A stretch of 64,000 bases of DNA from Terriglobia bacterium. GTDB taxonomy: Bacteria > Acidobacteriota > Terriglobia > JAJPHL01 > JAPKYU01. The stretch is taken from contig CBDCVK010000010.1 in the NCBI GenBank assembly GCA_965223005.1, forward strand, positions 448,001-512,000, given 5' to 3'. Below, piece by piece: positions 10,762-19,091 of this stretch (positions within the stretch are counted from its first letter, which is position 1; every line of letters starts with the position of its first letter). Under the pieces are notes generated by a model. That model was not told where the DNA came from, did no database searches, and was given only the letters and a program-made list of their open reading frames with translations. The position numbers and the translations under genes are program-made.

Positions 10762-10946
10762 TCCTGGTTGGGTGTCCCTCTCGCCGAATCAGTATAGCAT
10801 TGAATCCAATGCTGTCAGGTAGTCCCAAGGAACCCGTCCGCGGCGGCCAGCACGAACAAGCGCGAAACGCGCTGCCTAGGCAGTGCATCTGTAAGATAGC
10901 CCCTGGGAAGCCGTTCGTGGCAGGATAGAAGCCCAGGAGAAAGATC

Positions 10947-12323
10947 ATGTCGCGATATCGCCCACTGCTCACCGTGCTGGTTGCTTTGGTCTTGGTGGCG
11001 CAGGTCCTGGCCGCTCGCACGCGCGTCAAACCGGGAATGAATTTCTTCTCCAAGCAACAGGAAATTCAGTTGGGCAAAGAGGCGGCCGCCGACCTGGAGC
11101 GCCAACTGTCGCTGGTCCGGGACCGATCAATGAACACCTACGTCAGCCAACTGGGACGACGCTTGGCCCGCTATTCGCCGGCGCCCAACTATCCCTACAC
11201 GTTCAAGGTGGTGCGCGACAAGCGGATCAATGCGTTCGCGCTGCCGGGCGGTCCGATCTACGTTCATACCGGAACGGTCGCGGCCGCCGAGAACGAGGGG
11301 CAACTGGCTGGAGTGATGGGACACGAGATCGCGCACGTAGCCCTGCGCCACGGAACGAACAACGCCTCCAAGGCGATGCTGGCGCAGATGCCGCTGGCAA
11401 TCCTGGGAGGAGTGATCGGCTCTGGGTCCCTCGTGGGACAGCTCGCAAGGTTCGGCATCGGCTTCGGCGCCAACTCTGTTCTGCTGAAATTTTCCCGGAA
11501 TGCGGAGCGCCAGGCCGACATCATCGGCACACAGATGCTTTTTGACGCGGGGTATGACCCGCAGGAGATGGCCCGCTTCTTCCAGAAATTGCAAGGCGAG
11601 AAGCGTGGCGGCTCGATCGAATTTCTCTCCAGCCACCCCAACCCGGGCAACCGGGTCGAGGGAGTGCGCAAGGAAATCAGCACGCTTGGGCCGCAGAAAT
11701 ATCAGGTGGCGGAGAATCCGGACTTCGGACGGGCCCGGTCGCGGGCCGTCCAGCTCAACCGGCAGCCGGCTGCCCGGCGCGAGCGCGACTTTGGCCACGA
11801 AGAGCGTGCTGAGCACCAGCACCCCCGCCTGCCCAGCCGCAATTTCCGCGTCTTTGACGCCGGCTGGTACCGCATCCAATACCCGGACAACTGGGAGGTC
11901 CACGGAAGGGGAACTTCGGCGCAGACTATCGCGCCGCGCGAAGGCATTGTGCGCTCGCGCGAGACCTCGGGAATCGCCTACGGCGCCCTGGTCAGCATCT
12001 TTGAACCAGAAACGGACGAAGATGGGCGCGTCAGCCTCCATCAGGCCAGCTCGCAACTGATCGAGCAGATCCAGCACAGCAACCCGGGGATGCGGGTGAT
12101 CAGGAGGAGGCAGCGAACTCGAGTCGGCCGCCAGCGGGCCGTTTCTCTGACGCTGCGGGGGCCCTCGCCGGTGCGCGGCGAAAACGAGCTGGACTGGCTG
12201 GTCTCGACGCTCCGCCCAGACGGGACGCTCTGGTACATCGTGTTTGTGGCTCCTGAGCAAGACTTCGGCGCTCTTCGTCCCACCTTCGAACAGATGTTGG
12301 ATTCGGTCCGCTTCCCCCGCTGA
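10947..12323 (+). CDS. M48-family zinc metalloprotease, secreted, with extra C-terminal domain
   Basis: INAFALPGG, HEIAH (HExxH), FSRNAERQAD, LSSHP; signal peptide; PsbP/Mog1-like C-terminus (IQYPDNW...FEQMLDSVRF). Confidence 0.88.
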   Translation: MSRYRPLLTVLVALVLVAQVLAARTRVKPGMNFFSKQQEIQLGKEAAADLERQLSLVRDRSMNTYVSQLGRRLARYSPAPNYPYTFKVVRDKRINAFALPGGPIYVHTGTVAAAENEGQLAGVMGHEIAHVALRHGTNNASKAMLAQMPLAILGGVIGSGSLVGQLARFGIGFGANSVLLKFSRNAERQADIIGTQMLFDAGYDPQEMARFFQKLQGEKRGGSIEFLSSHPNPGNRVEGVRKEISTLGPQKYQVAENPDFGRARSRAVQLNRQPAARRERDFGHEERAEHQHPRLPSRNFRVFDAGWYRIQYPDNWEVHGRGTSAQTIAPREGIVRSRETSGIAYGALVSIFEPETDEDGRVSLHQASSQLIEQIQHSNPGMRVIRRRQRTRVGRQRAVSLTLRGPSPVRGENELDWLVSTLRPDGTLWYIVFVAPEQDFGALRPTFEQMLDSVRFPR

Positions 12324-12383
12324 CCTTCAGCAAGCTGCTGAAAACCACAACGTGGGTCTTGCAGCGGCCTACTAATCGAACCT

Positions 12384-12426
12384 CAAAGCAACTTCTGTCA
12401 ACTCCAAAGCAACTTCTGCAAGCAAC
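12384..12426. repeat. 14-bp direct repeat CAAAGCAACTTCTG, period 21 bp, plus partial third copy
   Basis: Copies at 12384-12397 and 12405-12418, then CAAGCAAC at 12419. Confidence 0.75.
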
Positions 12427-12538
12427 CGGGGTTTCTGTTTGTGAAGACCATCTTCTTCGGGAACACGCGGGTATGCACCTGGGATGGGATGGCTTCCAAC
12501 ATTTTGTAAAGAAAAATGACTTTGAGGGGAGATCGTCA

Positions 12539-13128
12539 ATGAAAACTAGGTTACTTGCCGTAGCGGCAGTGTGCTCGCTCCTGTTTTCGATTCCCATGGT
12601 TGCTCAGGACGAGCCCGCAACGGATCAAGGGAGACTGCTGGAAGCTGTCCAGCGCATCTTGGAGCTGACGGACTCGCAGGCCCAGGAATTAGCAGATTTG
12701 AGGCAGTCGCATCTCGAACAAGTACATGCTCTGTGGACGCAAATCCGGGAACTGGAACAGCAGAAGGCCGCACTGCTCAGCTCCGACAACCCGGAGCCCG
12801 GCCAGGTCGGAGCCATTGTGATTCAGCAGTTTGGGTTGAAGCAGCAGGTGCAGGCGGCGAATCAGTCTTATCATGAGGCCGCACTGGCTCTTTTGACGCC
12901 GGAACAGCAGGAGAAAGTGGCCAAATTCAGGAGGCCGTACACCTGGCACGCCAGGGAAGACCGTTAGCCGCATTCGGGCTTATCCACCCGCCCCGCCCGC
13001 ACCACTCTTTCAGGAGACTCCTGCGCCAGAGGTTTGGCCGGAGGTTTGGCCAGAGTTCTGCAATGCCGGGAGGGGAAGACCACACGGCGCCCGGGCCGGT
13101 TCCGTTCCGGCTATTCCCAACAAAGTGA
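12539..13128 (+). CDS. Spy/CpxP-like periplasmic protein, frameshifted near 12923
   Basis: Signal peptide, LELTDSQ and LLTPEQQ (LTxxQ) motifs; reading frame stops at 12967, and adding one base at 12921-12925 continues as IQEAVHLARQGRPLAAFGLI to TGA 13128. Confidence 0.72.
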
Positions 13129-13193
13129 GTCTCTAAAAGCGAGAGACCCGGGCAGGTGACTTTCGGCAATGCGCCTACCTCCGGACTCCAGTT

Positions 13194-14912
13194 TCATTTT
13201 TGGATAAGGAAATTGCCGATGGCCAGCGCGTCCACCCCGCTGGAGTAAAACACGCGCAGGGCTTCGCTGGGAGTTGCGGCCAGGGGAGCCCCCGGTTCAT
13301 TGAACGACGTATTGATCAGCACGGGATGGCCGGTCAGTTCGCCCACCCGCGTCAGCAGCTCGTGGTAGTGCTTGTTGCCCGCACGCGGTACGACGTGGAT
13401 GCGCGCCCGATCGCCGGCAAACGCCAGCCCGGGAACACTGGCCGCATCCTTGACCCGCGCCACGGAAGCCAGGTAAGCGGCTGGCGCAGGCCAGCGATAG
13501 TCAAAGTAGCGCGCGGCGGCCTCTTCGGTCACCGAAGCTGCAAGCGGCCTGAACGGCTCGCGGCGCTTGGTGTAGGCGTTCAGGTTCTCCTTCACCCAAT
13601 GATCCCGCGGGGCTGCCAGAACACTGCGGTGCCCCAGGGCCCGCGGCCCGAATTCGGCGGCCCCTTGAAACCAGCCCACAAACGAACCACCCGCAAGCAA
13701 CTCGGCTACGGCGCCCACTAGTTGTGGCATGGCCTGATGGCGATAGCGCAGTCGGCAGTTATCTAGGATGTCTTTAATCTCCTGCCCGGAGAAAGCGGGA
13801 CCCAGGCTGGCTGACAGCATGCAGCGCCGTAGGGAAACGCCGGCGGCCTGGGTGACGGCCATGGCCCCGCCAATGGCGCACCCCGCGTTGCCGGCGGCTG
13901 GTGGAACAAAACCGTCGCGGAAGCCAGTCCGTGTGGCCAGCGCGTCGGCCAGCAGGACGTTGAAGGCGACGCCGCCGCCAAGACACAGCGTTTCGGCGCC
14001 CGTGCGCTGGCGCCAGTGCTCGGCCAGCTCCACCAGCGCCGCTTCGACTTCCGATTGCAGGCTGGCGGCCAGATTAGCCCGCCAGCTTTGCGGCATCGCG
14101 GCGGCGGCGGTGACCGGACTTCTGGGTCGGCCCTTGGAGCGTGGTTGCAGTCCAATCGCCGAGAGGAACTTTTCCGAAAGCCGGACACGTCCGGAAGCGC
14201 TGGAGCTAAAGCAGTCGGCCTTCAGGCGCAGCTCGCCACGATGAAACGGCGCCAAGATGCGGCGAAAGACATCACCGAACTCAGGCTCCCCGGTGGTGCT
14301 CAGCCACACGGTGCGGTGGACATCGTCCGCCGGGTCCCAACCCAGCAACGCTGTGATTTCGCTGTAGAGCAATCCCAGCGAGTGGGGGAAGGTCCCGTCG
14401 GCCAGCGGCCGGATGCCATCGCCCTCGGCCAGTGCCACCTGGGCTGCCCGCATCGCCGAACCGCCGTCCAGGGTCAGCACCAGAGCGCGGTCGAACGTGC
14501 TGGGATAGTAAGCGTAGGCGGCGTGAGCGTAGTGGTGATCTACGGCTGTGAAGCGAGCCTTCGGGAACAATTCTCGCAGGGTGCGCAGGTCGCGCAACTC
14601 CAGCCGCGCCCGGTTCAGTCCAGCGATGCCGTGCAGGACCGAGGCCAGCGGGGCAATGGGAAACTTCCTGCCGCGAAAGACAAGTTCGCGCCCTAGCAAC
14701 CGCAGCGGTTGCAGGTCCACCGCGACAGCCTCCACATCGTCGGCCGTCGCTCCGGCTTTGTTCAGGCAGAAAGCAATGGCCTTGTTCGGCACGCCATGGG
14801 GACTGCGCCGCCCGATCAGCTTGGCTTCCTCGCAGGCCGCCAGAATCTCTCCGTCTCGCAACAGAGCCGCCGTGGCTTGGTGGGACAAGCCAGAGATTCC
14901 CAACACGAGCAT
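13194..14912 (-). CDS. NodU/CmcH-family carbamoyltransferase (divergent)
   Basis: HHYAHA, LTLDG, SLGLLYS, GGVAFN, EFGPRALGHRS, LINTSFN motifs. Confidence 0.85.
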   Translation of the reverse strand: MLVLGISGLSHQATAALLRDGEILAACEEAKLIGRRSPHGVPNKAIAFCLNKAGATADDVEAVAVDLQPLRLLGRELVFRGRKFPIAPLASVLHGIAGLNRARLELRDLRTLRELFPKARFTAVDHHYAHAAYAYYPSTFDRALVLTLDGGSAMRAAQVALAEGDGIRPLADGTFPHSLGLLYSEITALLGWDPADDVHRTVWLSTTGEPEFGDVFRRILAPFHRGELRLKADCFSSSASGRVRLSEKFLSAIGLQPRSKGRPRSPVTAAAAMPQSWRANLAASLQSEVEAALVELAEHWRQRTGAETLCLGGGVAFNVLLADALATRTGFRDGFVPPAAGNAGCAIGGAMAVTQAAGVSLRRCMLSASLGPAFSGQEIKDILDNCRLRYRHQAMPQLVGAVAELLAGGSFVGWFQGAAEFGPRALGHRSVLAAPRDHWVKENLNAYTKRREPFRPLAASVTEEAAARYFDYRWPAPAAYLASVARVKDAASVPGLAFAGDRARIHVVPRAGNKHYHELLTRVGELTGHPVLINTSFNEPGAPLAATPSEALRVFYSSGVDALAIGNFLIQK

Positions 14913-15022
14913 AGAGCTTAAGTGTATCAGGTGTCAGGGGCGCGGTTTCGGAGGCAAGCAGTAGGCAGCAGAAAATAGGTTGGTCTGCCTTCGGCCCGGC
15001 GCGTTCTGTTATTCTTCCTTGC

Positions 15023-15568
15023 ATGCACAGGCGCAAGCCCATCCGGCAAGCAAAGGTCCAGCGCTCTGAAGTGGTCTTCCGGGGCCGCGTGTTCTCTGTG
15101 ACCCGGGATACGGCGGTGGAGCCGGGCGGCAAGAAAGTCGTGCGGGAAATTGTGCGCCACTCCGGCTCGGCAGTGATTCTCCCGCACCACAGCGATGGTC
15201 GCCTGCTCCTGGTTCGGCAGTTCCGACTGGCTCCGCGACGGTTCCTGTGGGAGCTGGCGGCCGGGCGCATCGACGGCGGGGAAAGTCCGCTTCAGGCTGG
15301 ACGGCGCGAGCTACTGGAGGAAACTGGCTTCCGGGCCGCCCGCTGGAAGCTGCTGGCCGAGGTCTTTCCCAGCCCGGGTTTCGTGGACGAGAAAATGTGG
15401 CTGTTCCTGGCCGAAGGGCTGCGCCAGGGGCGTGCCCGCCCGGAACCCGATGAGCTGATCCGCAAGCGATGGTTTTCCCTTCCTCAGTTGGGAGAGTTGA
15501 TCCGGCGCGGCAAGATCCAGGACGGGAAAACTCTGCTGGGATATTTCTTACTGCGGAATCAAGGCTAG
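15023..15568 (+). CDS. NUDIX hydrolase (ADP-ribose pyrophosphatase-like)
   Basis: Nudix box GRIDGGESPLQAGRRELLEETG; SPGFVDE; DGKT. Confidence 0.9.
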   Translation: MHRRKPIRQAKVQRSEVVFRGRVFSVTRDTAVEPGGKKVVREIVRHSGSAVILPHHSDGRLLLVRQFRLAPRRFLWELAAGRIDGGESPLQAGRRELLEETGFRAARWKLLAEVFPSPGFVDEKMWLFLAEGLRQGRARPEPDELIRKRWFSLPQLGELIRRGKIQDGKTLLGYFLLRNQG

Positions 15569-15704
15569 CGAAATACGCTCAAGACTCACGGGTTTCCTCA
15601 GAAAGCCCATCCAACGCGCGTTTCGGCCATGGCCTGAGTCGAATGGAAGGGCTGACGGGGAGCGATCCGCCATTTTTCCCAGCCTCCCAGTGCGGAGGCC
15701 TCTC

Positions 15705-16913
15705 TCATTGTGTTTGCTTGACGGCCAGCACGGCATTGAGGCCTCCAAACGCGAAGGAGTTGGAAACGGCGGCCCGCACCAGCTGCTGGCGGGGCGTACC
15801 GGGCACGTAGTCCAGGTCGCATTCCGGGTCGGGCTTGGTGTAGTTGGCGGTGGGAGGGACGACACCGCAGTCCACCGCAAGCGCCGTGGCGATGAGTTCC
15901 AGCGCGCCGCTGGCCCCCATGGCGTGCCCGTGCATGGACTTGGTCGAGGAGATAGCCAGGGCGCGCGCATGCGGGCCGAATGCCTGCTTCAGGATCTGTG
16001 TTTCCCTGGGATCATTCAAGCGCGTCCCGGTGCCGTGGGCGTTCACGTAATCCACCGCTTCGGGCGCCAGCGCCGCCTGAGCCAGTGCGGTGCGTAGGGC
16101 GGCCACCGGACCCTCCAATCCCGGCTGCGTGATGTGACCGGCATCCGCGGTAGCTCCGTAGCCGGCCAGTTCCGCGTAAATGCGCGCGCCGCGCCGACGG
16201 GCGTGCTCCCACTCTTCCAGCACCAACACACCCGACCCTTCGCCCAAGACCATCCCCTGGCGGTCGGCACTAAACGGCCGGCACACCGGGGCCATCACGC
16301 GCATCGCTTCCCAGCACTTCATCACGCCGTAGCAGATGGGCGCGTCACTGCCGCCTGCCAGCATCCACTCGGCGCGCCCGGTCCGGATCATTTCAGCGGC
16401 CTCGCCCAGCGCGTGGGTGGCCGAAGCACAGGCGGTGGAGAAGGCCAAGACCGGCCCCGTCAAGCCAAATTCCATACTGAGTTGCGACGCGGCGGCGCCG
16501 TACATCAGGCGCGGAATGGTAAACGGGTGCAGGCGCTGGGCGTTGCGGCCATACAGTTCGTAATAGCGTTCGTCCTGGGTGAGTGCGCCACCGCTGCCAG
16601 TTCCCAAGGCGACCCCGGCGCGCCCATGATTGCTCTGGCTCGGCTCCAGGCCGGCGTCGTGCAAAGCTTCTGAAGCCGCCAGCAGAGCAAACTGTGCGAA
16701 CCGGTCCAGCAGGTCCAGCTTTTTCGGGGGAAAGTGGCTTGCCGGATCGTAGTTGGGAACTTCCGCGGCCACCGGTACCACCAGCCGCGACGGATCGAAC
16801 AGGCTGATGCGCCGCTCGGCGCTGCGGCCAGCCAGCAACCCCTGCCAAAATGCCGGCACGCCGCAACCCAGCGCCGAGACGCAACCCATCCCGGTAATCG
16901 CCACGCGGTTCAT
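15705..16913 (-). CDS. Beta-ketoacyl-ACP synthase, NodE-like FabF paralog
   Basis: TACAS catalytic Cys, NAHGTGT, STKSMHGH, SNSFAFGG; GSDAP..G..KCWEAMRV segment typical of the NodE subgroup. Confidence 0.88.
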   Translation of the reverse strand: MNRVAITGMGCVSALGCGVPAFWQGLLAGRSAERRISLFDPSRLVVPVAAEVPNYDPASHFPPKKLDLLDRFAQFALLAASEALHDAGLEPSQSNHGRAGVALGTGSGGALTQDERYYELYGRNAQRLHPFTIPRLMYGAAASQLSMEFGLTGPVLAFSTACASATHALGEAAEMIRTGRAEWMLAGGSDAPICYGVMKCWEAMRVMAPVCRPFSADRQGMVLGEGSGVLVLEEWEHARRRGARIYAELAGYGATADAGHITQPGLEGPVAALRTALAQAALAPEAVDYVNAHGTGTRLNDPRETQILKQAFGPHARALAISSTKSMHGHAMGASGALELIATALAVDCGVVPPTANYTKPDPECDLDYVPGTPRQQLVRAAVSNSFAFGGLNAVLAVKQTQ

Positions 16914-16947
16914 TTCAAAATCCAACGTTCCAAACCAAGGTCCAAGG

Positions 16948-17259
16948 TCAGGAACCCGGCTCGGAGCTTTCGACTTCAGGCTTTGGACTCTGGACCCCGG
17001 ACCTGGCCTTCAGGACCTGCTGCAAGCCAGCCACCACCTGGCGCACGTCCTTCATCTGCTGCGCTACATGCTCCGGGATGGTGATATTAAACTCTTCCTC
17101 GAAAACGAACAACAGGCTGACCCCGTCCAGCGAATCAATACCCAGCTCTTCGAAGGTGGACTCCGGCGTCACGCGACCGGCGGGCAGCTTCTGTTGCGTG
17201 GTGATGATCGAGACCACCCGCGCGGTGAGTTCGGCTTCGCTGATCTCTAGGTGGCTCAT
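16948..17259 (-). CDS. Acyl carrier protein (NodF-like)
   Basis: ELGIDSLD phosphopantetheine motif, EEEFNITIP; C-terminal tail encoded by 7-mer repeats. Confidence 0.9.
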   Translation of the reverse strand: MSHLEISEAELTARVVSIITTQQKLPAGRVTPESTFEELGIDSLDGVSLLFVFEEEFNITIPEHVAQQMKDVRQVVAGLQQVLKARSGVQSPKPEVESSEPGS

Positions 17260-17345
17260 GAAAGCAATTCCGTGAGGCCTTCGGCAGCCACGTAAAGGAT
17301 CGTCGCGCTGATCCCTGCCGCCACTCCGGCCAGTTCCCCAGCCAT
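17256..17345 (-). CDS. Putative 29-aa hydrophobic small protein translationally coupled to ACP
   Basis: MAGELAGVAAGISATILYVAAEGLTELLS*; TGA overlaps the ACP ATG (ATGA); TAGAAT lies 7-8 nt upstream of the ATG. Confidence 0.45.
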   Translation of the reverse strand: MAGELAGVAAGISATILYVAAEGLTELLS

Positions 17346-17440
17346 GGGCGCTATTCTAGTGCGGTTCCAACCGAAACGGTCCATGTATTCTACCTAACCG
17401 GGAGCTTGGACTTTGGACATTGGAGCTTGGACTGGATAGG

Positions 17441-18622
17441 ATGAACACCGACGCGCAGTCCGGAAACCCGCGTCCCGGTGATGCGCGGCCCGGCGCTGCG
17501 CTGCAACAAATGTTCCGCTTCGAGATCGTGGCTACCGATCCGCACACGCGCGCCCGTGCCGGACGCTTGCACACGCCCCACGGAACGGTCGAGACGCCGG
17601 TCTTCATGCCGGTAGGAACGCTGGGTACCGTCAAAGGCCTGACGCAGGAGGTGTTGGAGGAACTGGGAGCCGAGATTCTGCTGTGCAATACCTACCACCT
17701 CTACCTGCGGCCGGGCCACGACCGAATTCACAGCCTGGGCGGCCTGCACAGGTTCATGTCCTGGTCCCGTCCGATCGTCACTGACAGCGGGGGCTTCCAG
17801 GTGTTTTCGATGGCGGCCCTGCGCCGGCTCAGCGAGCAGGGGGTGACCTTCCGCTCGCACCTGGACGGCTCCGAACACTTCTTCTCGCCCGAATTTGCGC
17901 TGGAAGTTCAGAACGCTCTGGGAAGCGACATCGTTATGCCGCTAGACGACTGCACCGAGTTCCCGGTGAGTCACGAGCTGGCGCGCAAATCCATGGAGAT
18001 GACCCTGCGTTGGGCCGAGCGAAGTCGCAACCGCTGGCGGGAGCGTCCTGGGCCGGCAACCCTGTTCGGCATCATCCAAGGCAGCGTCTACCCAGACCTG
18101 CGCCGGGAATCGGCCGAGCGCACCGTAGAACTGGGCTTGGCCGGCTACGCCATCGGGGGGTTGTCGGTGGGCGAACCGCGCTCGCTCACTTTTGAGATGC
18201 TCGACGCTGCAGAGCCCTTGTTACCCCGCCACCAGCCCCGGTACATGATGGGAGCGGGCTCGCCGGAAGAACTGGCCGAGTACGTGGCTCTCGGGGTGGA
18301 CATGATGGACTGCGTGCTTCCCACCCGCAACGCCCGAAACGGGTTGCTGTTCACCTCGCAAGGACGCCTGATCATCCGCCATGCCTGCTACGCTGAGGAC
18401 CCCAAACCGCCCGACGAACGGTGCGGCTGCCCCGTGTGCCGTCGCTATTCGCGCGCCTACTTGCGGCACCTGTTTCTGTCGGGTGAAATTCTTTCCAGCG
18501 TGTTGAATACAATCCACAACTTGTACTTTTACCTTGACAGGATGCGCCAGATCCGGCACGCTATTTTGCTTGGAGGCTTTTCGGAATTCCTTGCAGTTGC
18601 GCGCTCACAATCGGAAGCTTAA
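17441..18622 (+). CDS. tgt: tRNA-guanine transglycosylase
   Basis: TPVFMPVGT, CNTYHL, TDSGGFQVFS, DCVLPTRNARNG, CGCPVC zinc site. Confidence 0.96.
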   Translation: MNTDAQSGNPRPGDARPGAALQQMFRFEIVATDPHTRARAGRLHTPHGTVETPVFMPVGTLGTVKGLTQEVLEELGAEILLCNTYHLYLRPGHDRIHSLGGLHRFMSWSRPIVTDSGGFQVFSMAALRRLSEQGVTFRSHLDGSEHFFSPEFALEVQNALGSDIVMPLDDCTEFPVSHELARKSMEMTLRWAERSRNRWRERPGPATLFGIIQGSVYPDLRRESAERTVELGLAGYAIGGLSVGEPRSLTFEMLDAAEPLLPRHQPRYMMGAGSPEELAEYVALGVDMMDCVLPTRNARNGLLFTSQGRLIIRHACYAEDPKPPDERCGCPVCRRYSRAYLRHLFLSGEILSSVLNTIHNLYFYLDRMRQIRHAILLGGFSEFLAVARSQSEA

Positions 18623-18736
18623 GGTCTAGTTTCCCATCGCGGGCCGTGCGGGCTTGCCGGCAGACCAGTTGCAGACTTCCGTTAGGATCTGGCCCGCGTC
18701 CTGGCGGGAAGAGTCAAGCTCCACCTGAAATCTGGA

Positions 18737-19081
18737 ATGGATCGGGGACAAACAGGGTTGTTTGCGGGATTGACATTCTGGCTTCAAACAGGCGGGTTGG
18801 ACCAAATCCTCCGCGCGATGTTCCCTTTCTTCCTCATCTTTGGGATCTTTTATGTGCTGTTGTTTCTTCCCCAGCAGCGCCGCCAAAAGCAGCAAAGGGA
18901 GATGCTGGCGAATCTGAAGAACGGCGACCGCGTGATCACCACCGGCGGCATCCGCGGCACCATCGTGGGCCTCAAGGAAGATTGCATCCACCTCCGCGTG
19001 CCACCTCAGGACATCCGCCTGGAGGTCTCACGGGCCGCCGTGGCTGGCCTGGTGAGCGTCGAAGAGAAGAAATCCGGGTAG
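18737..19081 (+). CDS. yajC: Preprotein translocase subunit YajC
   Basis: FYVLLFLPQQRRQK, LKNGDRVITTGGIRG; lies between tgt and secD. Confidence 0.93.
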   Translation: MDRGQTGLFAGLTFWLQTGGLDQILRAMFPFFLIFGIFYVLLFLPQQRRQKQQREMLANLKNGDRVITTGGIRGTIVGLKEDCIHLRVPPQDIRLEVSRAAVAGLVSVEEKKSG

Positions 19082-19091
19082 GTCTCGGCCA

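Noticed and set aside
12328-12345. CAGCAAGCTGCTGAAAA resembling the IS5-like terminal IR
   Set aside because: No partner IR or target duplication found; too short to call a MITE
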